Below are positions 1 to 12,411 of a stretch of 64,000 nt of DNA, in pieces. The notes under the pieces were generated by a model. That model had not been told where the DNA came from. It did no database searches and was given only the letters and a program-made list of their open reading frames with translations. Each line of letters begins with the position of its first letter. Position 1 is the stretch's first letter. Origin of the DNA: Octopus bimaculoides (lineage: Eukaryota); the NCBI RefSeq assembly GCF_001194135.2, contig NC_068981.1, positions 9,689,020-9,753,019 on the forward strand, in the 5' to 3' direction. Both the position numbers and the translations under genes were made by a program.

Positions 1-35
1 ATATGTGTGTGTGTGTGTGTGTGCGTGTGTGTGTG

Positions 36-250
36 TGTGTCTTTGTCTTTCATGACCTCTTGACAACCGGTGTTGGTCTGTTTACGTCCCCGTAACCTAG
101 CTGTTCGGCAAAAGTTTCTGATAGAATAAGTACCAGCTTCACAAAAAAAAAAAAAATAATAAGTGGTGGGATTGATCTATTCGACGAAAATTAGCCAAGG
201 TGATGCCCCAGCATGGCCACAATCTGAAGCAAATAAAAGAATAATAGAAT
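36..250 (+). mobile_element. SINE family B (long octopus tRNA-derived SINE), 3' half
   Basis: gacaaccggtgttgg...ataagtaccagc...ccagcatggcc tail shared with copies at 568, 13497 and 37295. Confidence 0.8.
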
Positions 251-567
251 AAATTCCATATTAAAGCTTGGGTGTCTTGAAAGAGAATTATTTATAATTT
301 TGTTAAGAAACGAACACAGTTAATAAAACATGGTGAGCAATAGATTTTACTGCAGAGACCACTCGTAATTTTTATTTCTTATGTTTTTGCTTCCCCGTGC
401 GCATTGACGTTTAAAAAACTGACAACCGTTCATCGTATATGTCCGCGTCGGAGTGAAAATTAGATTAAGCAATTTGAAATAATTCAAAATCACGAATTAT
501 GCAATTTAAAATCATGACATTAGCAAATTACCCAGGCGTGTCTTTTTCATGGAGAATATGGCAGTAA

Positions 568-929
568 GGCGCAGACATGGCTGTGTGGTAAGAAGCCTGT
601 TTTCCGACTGCATTTTTCTGGATTCAATTCTGCTCCATGGCACTTTGGGCAAGTGTTTTCTTCTATAACTTCAGGCCGACCTTGTGGATTTAGTAGACTG
701 AAACTGAAAGAAGCCCGTCGTATATATATATATATATATATATATGCGTGTGTGTGTTTGTGTGTCTGTGTTTTCGCCCACCCCCACCCTGCCAACGTCG
801 CTTGACAACCGATGCTGGTGAGTTTACGTATCTGTAACTTAGCGGTTCGGCAAAAGAGACCGATAGAATAAGTACTAGGCTTACAAAGAATAAGTCCTGG
901 GGTCGATTTGCTCGACTAAAGGCGGTGCT
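568..929 (+). mobile_element. SINE family B, runs into N-gap
   Basis: tRNA-like head ggcgcag..tggctgtgtggtaag, internal (TA)n/(TG)n tract, ataagtactaggcttacaaagaataagtcctggggtcg core; probably one of the described octopus tRNA-derived SINE families, name not verified. Confidence 0.85.
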
Positions 930-975
930 NNNNNNNNNNNNNNNNNNNNNNNNNNNNNNNNNNNNNNNNNNNNNN
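930..975. other. assembly gap (N run)
   Basis: 46 N; other gaps at 8797-9004, 23205-23304, 25589-25693, 42716-42832 and 63502-63534. Confidence 1.
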
Positions 976-1043
<68 letters not shown>

Positions 1044-1384
1044 TATGTTGTCATCCAGGGATTATATTTTTCTTTTCTAGAAGAGGAGATACTTTTCAGC
1101 AAGTCAATGCTTTATGTTTTATGGCATAACTGATATCGTACATAAAGCATAACTGGAAAAGAGATCACATCTTATTGTTGTTGGATTAACGGAGAATCTT
1201 GCCTCTCACAATATAGGAAAAATTCTCATGTCACCAGTACAAGCAAAATGGAAAAGGCTTTGCTCCGGAGGATACTCTTACCAGCCGTTCGTTTCATTTA
1301 AACATATACACACACCCACAAACACGCACATACACACGCACACACATACATGTTCGTGTGTTTGTATAGGTTTGTGTTTATAGA

Positions 1385-1800
1385 TATTGGCTTCATATTT
1401 TGGCACACAACCAGGACTTAAGTAGTACTGACCTCAGGACTTAAGTAGTACTTACTTTATCGACCCCGAAAGGATGAAAGGCAAAGTCGACTTCGGTGGA
1501 ATTTGAACTCTGGACATAAAGACGGACGAAATACCGCTACGCATTTCGTCCGGCGTGATAACGATTCCTCCAGCTTACCGGCTTTTTCTGTTGATAGACA
1601 CTGGCTTCAAATTTTGCCGGAATGCCAGAAATTTTAGGGGAGGAGGTAAGTCGATTGCATCCACCCCAGCACTCAACTGATACTTATTTTATCGACCCCG
1701 AAAGGATGTTAAGCAAAATCAATCCCGGTGACATTTGAACTCATAACGTAAAGTCGGATGAAATGTCGTTAAACATTTTGGCCGGTGTGTTAATAGTTCT
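1385..1800 (-). mobile_element. two tandem SINE family A copies (short octopus tRNA-derived SINE)
   Basis: two matches to the reverse complement of ggcgagctggcagaa...gagttcaaattcc...ttcggggtcgataaa.taagtac. Confidence 0.8.
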
Positions 1801-2102
1801 ACTTGCGCGCACCTTTGTGTATTTATAAACATTAACATATGTTTCATATTTCTATGAATTTTAGATTGAATATAAATCTTTCATCCAATTTCTATAATCA
1901 GTTGCAATATTTCCTTTCAACTTTGGGTATAGCCACAAGAAAAGCATAAACTTAACAGCTGCTTCTAATTTCTAAATCCACTGAATGTATTTCGCTTCCT
2001 GATAATCACATCTCTATTTGTGTAATTAATATAATTAGATATAATCTTTTGATCCTCACCATACTCATTTAAATTAAAATTTCAAATATATTTGTAGGAC
2101 TG

Positions 2103-2258
2103 TCCCTATAATTTATCAAACCTGTTACAAATGATTGCTTTCAAACAGGCAACAACATGTATATAAACTTAGAGAAGATCCCTATAATTTATCAAACCTG
2201 TTGCAAATGATTGCTTTCAACCAGGCAACAACATGCTGTATATAAACTTAGAGGAGAT
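2103..2258. repeat. 76-bp tandem duplication (2 units)
   Basis: tccctataatttatcaaacctgtt...aaacttagag repeated from 2103 and from 2179. Confidence 0.9.
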
Positions 2259-4089
2259 ATGTATGGAAGGAACAAATGAACAATAAAATTTACCGTTCCA
2301 AGAAACTAATGATGGGTTATGTCCGTACGATATAATTAATTTAGTTGATATTCCATCAAATAAAAAGGGAGTACTTAGACTGTTAAAACTCACTCTCCTT
2401 GCGGCGCATGGATCTACGCTGTTCTAACAAATATTGCAAACATTTAAAGCATATATGACTGCTAGCTGCTGTGTATACCAGTATTTGTTTCATTTGCCTT
2501 TTGATTATCTAAATTTAAACAGGAACAGTCTTTATTTTTGTTTTATTAAAAGAAAAAGATCGTTAGTAACCTAAAATTTAAGAAAATGATCCGAAAATTG
2601 CGACCAAATATTTTAAACTAATAATATGAAAATTGAAAGAAAATATAGATAGAATACATTGAGAAAGCAGCTAAGAGAATAAAGTGCAGTGAAAATTGGT
2701 ATAGTTGTGCAAAGAAAAGGGTTGATCATAAATAATTTACAAGCTGTCAGTTTTATAACTTTATATTTTTTATATGAATACATCTTGAAGCAAAATATTT
2801 TCTGTTTCTTTTATTTATAAGAAATAAAATCAATTTTCATAGTATTACATTTATTTTATAATTCTCTTCCTGGTCGAGACCAGTTTGTTGAGACCATGCA
2901 AAAGAATCACCATCAAGAAGTCTTTGTCTCACGGGGAATTCGAACGTAAGCTCAGATCCCCGGAGAATATCTTTACAAAGCTCGGGTTGGTAAACATTGA
3001 GTCTGGTGCCCAACAATTAGATAATAATTTCTCTTGATATTTTCGGCTAAATTCTAATTTTAAAATAATTGCATTTTATCATTTGAGATGAAATGATATA
3101 TTATTTCATTTAAATAGATATTTACTTTATTTAGATGCTAGTCTCCTTCTACCAGTGAAGCACAACAAATTGCCAGCTCTATCTATGCGCGTGTTTGTAT
3201 GTTTGCGTAAAAACAAAACTCATTCATCGCCTTCATTAGTTGACTGTTTTCCTTTTATTATCGTTTTCTCCTTCCTTGCGCCAGAAAGATACGTATGACT
3301 AAATGTTGATGAAATTACGAAGAAAATCAATGGGGAGATAGATAGCAATTTTAGATCGGATGACAACCATATCATTTGTTCAATAGCAGGCTAATAGTCG
3401 TTCAACATTTAAACAATAATTTGTTTTGTAAGTCTAGGTTTAATAGATCAGATCACGGAAATATTTTAGTGTCCATGGTAACCATCCAAATAAAGTCCGG
3501 CATATAGACAGCTAATCCAACTTTGGTAAAAATTGCAAGCGTTCTGATTAATTTGATTAAGAGCGGCAAAAAGAATTATCCTCAATAAGCATTATAAAAC
3601 AGTGCATGATCAATGACGAAAGGTTGCTTTTTTTACTCCAAATTGATATTAGATAAAACTATGAAAATATTTCTTTTGGTCTGAAACAGAATATTAAATC
3701 TCTAATTGCATCTACATAGATTTTATGTTACCTTTAAATTCACTTAAAATACATAAACAGACGTTCTAACTCATTTCAACGTTAGGTCAGAAGTAAAGGA
3801 TTTCAAATTTCATGCAATGTATGTAGAAAATTTTTCTTTCCAAGCTATCTTCGTGGTATAATCTGTAATTAGTCATAATATAATAAAAGTAACTAAAACT
3901 GTGTCAATTATGTAGTATTCTTTATAATTGTTGCAGAGAGATCGTTGTGGTTACCTCCCAAGATCAATGTTGATTTTTATTCTATTGATCTACTTAGATT
4001 CCTAGATGGACTATGAATCTAATCTTGCTATCGAAGGTACTCCATATAAGATCAATGATTTGAGGTTGTAAATGTAATTCTTATCGTAA

Positions 4090-5640
4090 CTTTTATTTTC
4101 GCTTGCTTCTCTTTTTTCTCTTCCAATTCTGCGCAAAAGCTATTGTGCGTTCTCGGATATTTTGTCACAGTATTCTTTCAATATCATTGGTTTTCAAGCT
4201 GTACATGTCAATGTTACATTTCCTTCTTGTAGGCGTTTTAATACATTTTTGTATCTCTTCTGTTGTCCGTTCCTTTTACAAGTGCCTTCTTTCGGCAAGC
4301 GTTTGTCTTTCACTTGAAAACATACTACACAATTTTAGTTGATTCTTGATGGAGGTTATCATTATTGTTACTTGTATCACTGCATATTAGCGCTGATTTT
4401 ATTTTTGTTTCCAGGGATGATATTTATGGTATTTCAAAAAAAACTGTTAGAAAGATGACACCTTCGAATAAATTCAAATGAATTCGGCGTGTTGTCCAGT
4501 TTTCCAATGTATAGAAGAGCGCTGGAATCATCGCTGCTCTCTTCACTAACATTTCGGAAATCATTAAAGTATTTTGTTCGGATACATACCGGACCGGTTT
4601 CAGTACATTTAAGACAATTTGGGGTCGAGTTCTCAATACTGACAATCAAGGAGTAACTTATAAGATGCAAAAAGTGGTTCACATTTTCCAAGAATCGTTT
4701 CGCTAAGTCGTATTACTAGCTTTATTCGGTTTGTCTCAGTTGCTGATCGATGACAAATGATATGAATTTTTCTTGATTGCTCAATTAAAAGCAATCACGT
4801 CCGTTGTTCTCTGACTGAGTGCTCCTCTTTGTATTAGAAATCAATGGGGGTGTCTTTCTTGTGTTTGGATTTGAGACAGGTAAGGTTGAATAGTCTGCCG
4901 TCTATTCTGCTGACAATTTTAATTCTGGGCGTAAGTTTTCCATGATGATGTTGGTTGCCGCATTGAAGGTGGTGAACAGTACCTAGGCAACCAAGCGTGT
5001 CTATTTTACATCTGATATGACATAAAGAACGGCTCACAGTTTCTATTGTTAGCTGTGATTATGGCAAGGATAACATCTCGAAGGAGCATAAGGATGTGAA
5101 TATACTTTATAGTCATCTAAAATTGATTGGACATTACACTGGCTAGCTCGATGAATGCCATGTATTGTACAAAAGCTTATGTTGTTTTGCGATAGTTTTC
5201 TCGTAGATTATGTCATTTGATACAAGTGATGGTCTAAAACCCCAGCTTTTATTTTCGGAAGGTTTTTCTTAGCCAGTGTTTTAAACCGGTTGTTCATGAT
5301 GCTATTGTCAACAGGGATATTGCACGGCAGTTCCTGCATTCCGATTGATCAATTTTTCTTTTGCAGACTGTAAAGATTGCCGAGCTTACAAAATTCTGTT
5401 TTATCCTTATCTCTATAAGTTAGTAATAGACAAGGTTACCATCAAGTTTGTAAATGTTGGTTGGTATTCCATCGAATCCAGCAGCATTGTTGGTATTTTG
5501 TTTAGAGAGCCATTCTTGAGCTGCTTTGGAATTATTTTATTCATATTCCTGTCAAATGAAACCACCTGTGTTAGATCTGCAAAGTGTTCTCTTATAATAT
5601 TCTTTAAGATTCATATTACCGTTTAAGAGTGACTGGAAAG
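4090..5640 (-). mobile_element. decayed RTE-clade LINE, RT and C-terminal region
   Basis: frameshifted translations NNAAGFDGIPTNIYK, RNCRAISLLTIA, WGFRP, KIVSRIDGRLFNL, ENVNHF, IPALFYTLENWTT, DKRLPK and GQQKRYKNVLK match RTE ORF motifs in the expected order. Confidence 0.85.
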
Positions 5641-5719
5641 ACCAAAATTGCTTTAGCTGAGTTGAAAAAGCTTCGAAGGTCAAATAAACATGCCTACAGA
5701 AACCAATCGACCTCACTAA

Positions 5720-6100
5720 AAACTTAGAATCGTCGCCACTGTCAACATCTATATAGTTAATTTATTAGCTGTAACTCAAAACCTAAGCTCCTGCAAGTAC
5801 ACACCTTACAGAAAGCCTAACAAGGGCCTTTAAAATATATTCAATTTTAGAAAACGAATCACAGTTATATCTCATGACGAACAAACCCTTAACCGCACGA
5901 GAGCATACTACAATGACAATACAATACAACTTACGAAAATATAAAAGAGAAACTCATCATACAACTTAGCGTCTGATGAATTGAAATAAAGTGCGGTTTC
6001 GCTAAAACCTAATAAACACTTCCCTACCAGTCTTAAATTTCTAAAACTCTTCACAAAAAACAGCGAGGTACATATGTCCTGATAACTTCCCCCTAGAAAC
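5720..6100 (+). mobile_element. Penelope-like element remnant, RT C-terminus/thumb and linker
   Basis: LRIVATVNIYIVNLLAVTQNLSSCKYTPYRKPN, RKRITVISHDEQTLNRTRAYYND and NKHFPTSLKFLKLFTKN match PLE motifs xVNFLDVTxNLxxGKYxPYRKPN and DKHFP. Confidence 0.75.
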
Positions 6101-6189
6101 ACTAAGTGAAATCAGACATAGTTATAAATTTTCAATACCTTGTGCAACAGCTTATTAATATCTCATACATATACGCAAACATTGTAGAA

Positions 6190-6410
6190 TACTGGTTCTA
6201 AATTTTTGGCACAATGCCAACAGTTTCGGGGCAGAGGGGAAGTCGATTACATCGACCTCAGTTTTCAACTGGTACTTATTTTATCGATCCCAAAAAGTTG
6301 AAGGCAAATTCGACACTGGCGGCATTTGAATTCAGAATGTAAAGTCGGAAGAAATGCCGTTTAGCAATTTTTCCGGTGCCGTAACGTCTCTGCCAGTTCA
6401 CTGCCTTGTA
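6190..6410 (-). mobile_element. SINE family A
   Basis: reverse-complement match to family A. Confidence 0.8.
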
Positions 6411-6460
6411 TACCATCTGAAACGTAATGTATATAAATATCATAATATACATTAAATATA

Positions 6461-6675
6461 AGGCGGCGAGCTGGCAGAAACGTTAGCACGCCGGGCGAAA
6501 TCCTTAGCAGTATTTCGTCTGTCTTTACGTTCTGAGTTCAACATTCCACCAAGGTCGACTTTGCTTTTCATCATTTCGGGGTTGATAAATTAAGTACCAG
6601 TTGTGTACTGGAATTGATCTAATCGACTGGCCCCCTCCTCAAAAATTTTGGGTTTGTGCCTAGTATAGAAAAGAA
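6461..6675 (+). mobile_element. SINE family A, full length with TSD
   Basis: aggcggcgagctggcagaaacgttagcacgccgggcg...gtgcctagtatagaaaagaat; attaaatat repeated on both flanks. Confidence 0.9.
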
Positions 6676-7639
6676 TATATATTAAATATGGTGCATATAT
6701 TATCTGATATGGACGCGATCAGCCCACCGTCATGTGAAACTCATGTAGGTTTATATATATATATATACACCCCTGGATAATACACATAAAAAGCTTTCTT
6801 TAATAATTTAGATATTCGATAACATTTTAGAAACTTTCACTAAAAATGTCGAGCTAAAACATTTGAAGAATTAGTTAGTTTATCTTCATACTGGAGTAAT
6901 CGATTTTTAAAATCCATCTCCAGTTCCACATTTAGGGATGATAACATATCCCAGATGTACTATAATCTAATTCAATAAAATTTGCGCCTATAATAGGTTT
7001 CTAAAATATATTTCAAAACCAAATATTTTCTACTACAAAAGCGAACGCATAATCCGTTTGAAACCCCGCCTACATCAAATAAACAAATAATTAGATTCAT
7101 AAATAAAATAAAAAATTAAAGAAGTAAAAATTGGCACATACTATTGGAAGAAAGCGAACTTGCATTATAATGCAATCATTTCAATGAAAAATATTCTTTA
7201 GCGGTGTAAAAAAAATTCTGAAATGCATTTCAGAATCATATTTTTTTACAGAAAGAAAGAGAACGTCTAATCCACTCTGATGAAAAAGTAAATCTATAAG
7301 TAAAATACACACCAAAAATGAGCGCACACCATTGTGAGAAAGTGAACTCGCATTGTTAGGAATTGAAAATATCACTTAACCATTGCAAATCAAAATATCT
7401 TATTACTAGGGGCTACAGTGAATTTATACATTGTTCTCTAAACAATAACGCATACAGCTATACAAGCAGTCCCCCCTACTTTCATAGCTTACTCCTTATT
7501 TTTTCTTTGAGCGAAAAATACAAAAATGTGTATATATTTTACTGATCGAAAATTTTTGAAAGAAGGTACATCTGTTTTAGTCGCCATGTTACTGCCATAT
7601 TTTATTATTCCTCTGAATTGCGTCAAAATAATTCTTCCT

Positions 7640-8068
7640 TATTTTGGCACAAGGCCAGGAATTTTGAGGAGTGAGGAAATCGATGCAGTGCTCAACTGAT
7701 TCTTGTTTTATTGACACCAAAAGAACGAAAGGCAAAGTCGACCTCGGTGGAATTTGAACTCAGAAAGTAAAAACGGACGAAATGCCGCAAAGCATTTTGC
7801 CGGGCGTACTAAAGCTTCTGCCAGCACGTCACCTTATTACGTTGCAATAATTATTTCCACTTTCGACACAAGGCCTGAGATTTGGTCGGAACGGAGCTAG
7901 TCGATTACATCAACCCCAGTACACAACTGGTTCGTATTTTATTGATTCCGAGAAAATGAAAGGAAAAAGTCAACCACGTTGGAATTTGGACTTAGAATGT
8001 AAAGACAGACAAAATACTGCTAAGCAATTTTCCCAGCCTGCTAACAATTCTGCCAGCTCACCCCCTTA
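7640..8068 (-). mobile_element. two tandem SINE family A copies
   Basis: two reverse-complement matches (7640-7835, 7855-8068). Confidence 0.8.
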
Positions 8069-8169
8069 TTGTGTCGAAATAACAAATGTAGTTCGTGGGG
8101 TTTCTCCTTCCCAAACTATGTTAAACTAAATCGCACTCCAAAAGTCGAGTCTTTGCAATCATAGATACA

Positions 8170-8610
8170 CTGGATGTTGAAGTGACACATCGGAAAACGT
8201 AAGCATATCGAGAAGAAGCTGCATTAAATTACGAATACAACAAAAATTGACAAATTTACTCAGAGCCTCGGATGGCGTGCTGACTTCTTCGTTAAACAAG
8301 GTAATAAGCAAATCCTTAAATCCAATTTTGTGTTTATTTCCTATAAATGCTCGCCAAATAATATTTTATTTCAGTTATTTTAAAACGGTTTTCGATTATG
8401 CAAGAATCTCAACTTCCGAAAGCAAAATAACAGCTTTTGCGACAAGTTAAATAAAAATTCGTGTGAAATATATATATATATATAAAAAAGAAAAAAGTTC
8501 AACCACAATCAAGCATGACAAAAAAAAAAACTCTGCATGAAATAGGCCAAAACGCCTACCAACAGCTGTCATTAGTAATTACGACAGAAACATCATGAGC
8601 AAAATATAAG
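8170..8610 (+). mobile_element. Penelope-like element remnant, ORF N-terminus
   Basis: KIDKFTQSLGWRADFF...SNFVFISYKCSP...KNLNFRKQNNSFCDKLN, then DKKKTLHEIGQNAYQQL, matching the PLE MRWKA / NFGFKSxKCPP / ADKT region. Confidence 0.7.
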
Positions 8611-9747
8611 CTATATATATAATATATGTATGTGTGTGATTGAATGAAACGCCACAGGATTCAAATATAAAACAATCATGTGCAGAAATTCTAAATACTG
8701 TTTTAACAGTACCCAGTGCTGTTAATACAATTATTTTCGTTTTGAATGCATAAGAAATATGGTTAAAGCTAGGAAATATGAGATACTCTATAAACTNNNN
8801 NNNNNNNNNNNNNNNNNNNNNNNNNNNNNNNNNNNNNNNNNNNNNNNNNNNNNNNNNNNNNNNNNNNNNNNNNNNNNNNNNNNNNNNNNNNNNNNNNNNN
8901 NNNNNNNNNNNNNNNNNNNNNNNNNNNNNNNNNNNNNNNNNNNNNNNNNNNNNNNNNNNNNNNNNNNNNNNNNNNNNNNNNNNNNNNNNNNNNNNNNNNN
9001 NNNNATACAAAGCATATAAAGGAAGCCATCTACTATGTTTATTGTGCGTGTGTGAAATTGTGTTGTAACAAAACTAACTTTATGAAACTAATGTATTTAT
9101 TGATTCATTCTGCTGTAGTGGCATTTTTATGCATAAATGAGTGGTATTTGAATTCTGTGACATTTCAACCAAGTAGTGTTTTGGTCCTTATTTTCGTGGA
9201 TAAAATTTAACATATTCGCATTTGTCGCAATCTATGAACATTGGTTTCCAGTGTGAACTTGAGCAGTTCTATGTCTACAAGAAAAACGCAGATCGAGTGA
9301 GATTTCCTGATGACTGTAGATGCTGGTAGCAATCACTGGTTTAAGTGGGTAACTGCATGATTGTGTAGTTAATAGATTCGCCGTTTCGGATTTGAACCTA
9401 CTGTGCTGCACAATAGGAAAAGAAATTCTAACATGACCAATATATAACTCAGTTTTTTGTTTACAGTAATTTGATAGGCTCAAACTGTAGTGAAGCTCAT
9501 CATACAAACAGTCTCGGACATATATACACTCTGTGTACGTGTTTGTTTCGTCGGTTGACATTGGCAATGAATATAAACACCGGCGATAAAACCTAAACAA
9601 ATCGGTGCTTTAGAAACGAAGTCCCCTGAAATATAAAGGGTTACACACTTGATATTTTCAGCGTCAAAAATGCAGTGAATCAATGATTTTCGGTCTGTTG
9701 GAAATGTGTAATGAACTACATTTTCGTTCACAAATTGTAATAACGTC

Positions 9748-9934
9748 AAAGAAGTGATTTTAAATTCTCAATCGCAGGATAATGCTAATAATATAGCCTG
9801 AACAGGATAAACTACCCCTGTTTTGCAGAAAAAAGTGTAGGTGACACTTTTTTCTGCAAAATAGGGGTAGTTTATCCTGTTCAGGCTATATTATTAGCAT
9901 TATCCTGCGATTGAGAATTTATAATCACTTCTTT
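9748..9934. repeat. near-perfect foldback palindrome, 91-bp arms, 5-nt loop
   Basis: 9748-9838 is the reverse complement of 9844-9934 with 2 mismatches; loop aggtg. Confidence 0.95.
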
Positions 9935-10784
9935 AACTTTCTAAAACATCTCAACGCTTCTAAAAGCAAACTTCGTTTGTTTGTTTACGTTTATCGTAAT
10001 TTGAATTTAACAAATTGTAATATATTGAACTGTTTATGATGGTGAGAGAGTCATGAAGGAATTGATTAAAAAAAAAAAATTTGAACTATGGTGGTGCACC
10101 AGAATGAATCTCGTTGGCAGAAATTGTATGTAGAGGGGTAGTTTACAAGAAATTTATTTCCATTCTAAGACATGATAGGTACAATAAACTATTTTACTGA
10201 TGTTTATGGCCGTAAAATTACTTTTCACCATGTCATCAATGGCGCAACACCACTGGCACTAGTTTTCTGTTAGATCTGGCTCTCTGGAAATCCTTCTGCT
10301 GGTCACTGGGAATGGAGCGAGAAATTTAAAGTAATGCAGTTTTTTGCGTCTGTCGCTGGAAAACAAGATATCACTATTTAGGCAATCGCATTTTGTTTGC
10401 ACTAACCCCGTCCCACTCTTAAATCATCGATGTCGCTTCGCTTCCTTTGTGCATTTTCTTACTTTATCTCCAGCACAGCTCATAACTTCTATTGTATGTT
10501 CCACTGAATTACGTCAGAAACTGAACTCCGCGCAGATTTATTCTCTCTTCAATAATGCTTAACATTTGATTCGACGTGTAGGCGAGAATTAATACTAAAT
10601 CGTAATTAGTGGAAGAAGACTAATCATAACCATCCGATCTGATGAAGTGGAAATATTGTTAGTCGACAAGCGAATGCCATTGTAACAGTGATGCTTTTAA
10701 TGATAATGACTAAAATGAAATTAAACCACATAGTGTATGTTAAACTTACATTGGACCATCACACAGAAATATAATTAAGTAAAA

Positions 10785-10946
10785 GCGTAGGTTTGGCCGT
10801 GTGTCTAAGATGGTTACCTTGCAAGCACATGATTTCGGTCTCGGGCCCATTGCGCTGCTCATTTAGTGTGTTCTGCTCTAGCTCTAGGCTGAGCAATGCC
10901 GTGAACGTGAATTTTTTTTAGAAGGGAACTGTATGGAATCCCTGTA

Positions 10947-11003
<57 letters not shown>

Positions 11004-11205
11004 TATGTGTCTGTGTTTGTCCCCATCCACTGCTAAAAAACTGGTGTTGGCTTCTTTACGTAACTTACCGGATTGGCAAAAGAAACGGATGAAATAGTAC
11101 CACATTTAGAAATATGTACTGGGGTTGATCTGTGCGACTAAAACTTTTCACGGTGATGCACCAGTATGGTCAGTCAAATTAGTGAAACAAAATAGCAAAA
11201 CCTTA
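10785..11205 (+). mobile_element. SINE family B, diverged
   Basis: head, (TA)n tract and core motifs present but mutated. Confidence 0.7.
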
Positions 11206-11218
11206 GTAAAATAAATAT

Positions 11219-11605
11219 TCTTTTATTTCATTGTCCTTTGACTGCAGCCATGCTGGAGCGCACCGCCTTTAATCGAACAAATTGACCCCAGGACTTATTC
11301 TTTGTAAGCCTAGTACTTATTCAATCGCACTTTTTTGTCGAACCGCTAAGTTACGGGGACGTAAACACACCAACGTCGATTGTCAAGCGATGGTGAGGGT
11401 CAAACACCGACACACAAACATATTTATATATATTTTATACACATACAGGCTTCTTTCAGTTTCCGTCTACCAAATCCACTCACAAGGCTTTGGTCGGCCC
11501 TAGGCTAGAGTAGAAAACACTTACCGAAAGTGCCACGCAGTGGGACTGAACCCGGAACTATGTGACTGGCAAGCAAGCTGCTTACCACACAGTCACTCCT
11601 GCGCC
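11219..11605 (-). mobile_element. SINE family B
   Basis: gactgcagccatgctggagcgcaccgcc...cttaccacacagtcactcctgcgcc. Confidence 0.85.
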
Positions 11606-12411
11606 TAAATGTTAACAAATTACCAAAAAGCCACCTAAATCTTCCTTGTAGACGACTTCTTTTAGTTACTTTGTGGCTAAAAAAGAACTTCAATATTTTT
11701 TGACTCGAAGACTAGTGAAACTGGTGTATCAGGCTATTGATTTTCAAGTTTATATTACACTGAAATGTCTATTGATATTATCTGATTCGGCAACTCCAGA
11801 AGAGACAACAGTAATAAATGTGGTAAATTTAGTGTCTTTTTTTTTCGAGGGAAAATGATGAAAGAGAAAAAACAAAACACTACAAATTTTCCTGAAGATA
11901 AGTTAGACCCTACTTAAATAGTAAGTCGATGTACATGCCCAATGAAGATATATTTCGGATTGATAAGTGTAGAAATGATATTTTGGATTGATAAGTATAG
12001 AAATTATCTTTGTTGGGATTCTATGCCTCCCACGTACATTTGAAACCATTCCTTTCACTGATTTGCCAGATGTTAGCCTCCAGTTACTTCATAATTGATT
12101 CTGTCATTCTAGGCCAGTTATAAGATATAAATTCTAAGCCGGTTCATTAAAGATGTAAGAACCATGGAACCACTTTATATTTCATATATATAAATATATG
12201 TATAGATGCGAGCTTAGCAGGTTGCTCTCAGCAACGCGGGAAAGGTGTGTTTTTTTTTACGTATTTTAGAATATATGTTTGGAAAATTGCATACAAAAGC
12301 AGAGCTACAATGAATATTATTTAATTGGAAATATTTGAAAAATGTAAAGTGAAATGTGGAATTAGGGATGAGAAGACAAATTGGACGACAATGACAAGCT
12401 TAACTTAGCAT

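Noticed and set aside
1091-1161. Pre-miRNA-like hairpin
   Set aside because: Only an 11-bp core with large bulges; no known miRNA seed recognised.
9232-9749. Overlapping 122-aa and 89-aa minus-strand ORFs
   Set aside because: No recognisable motifs, no convincing splice sites.
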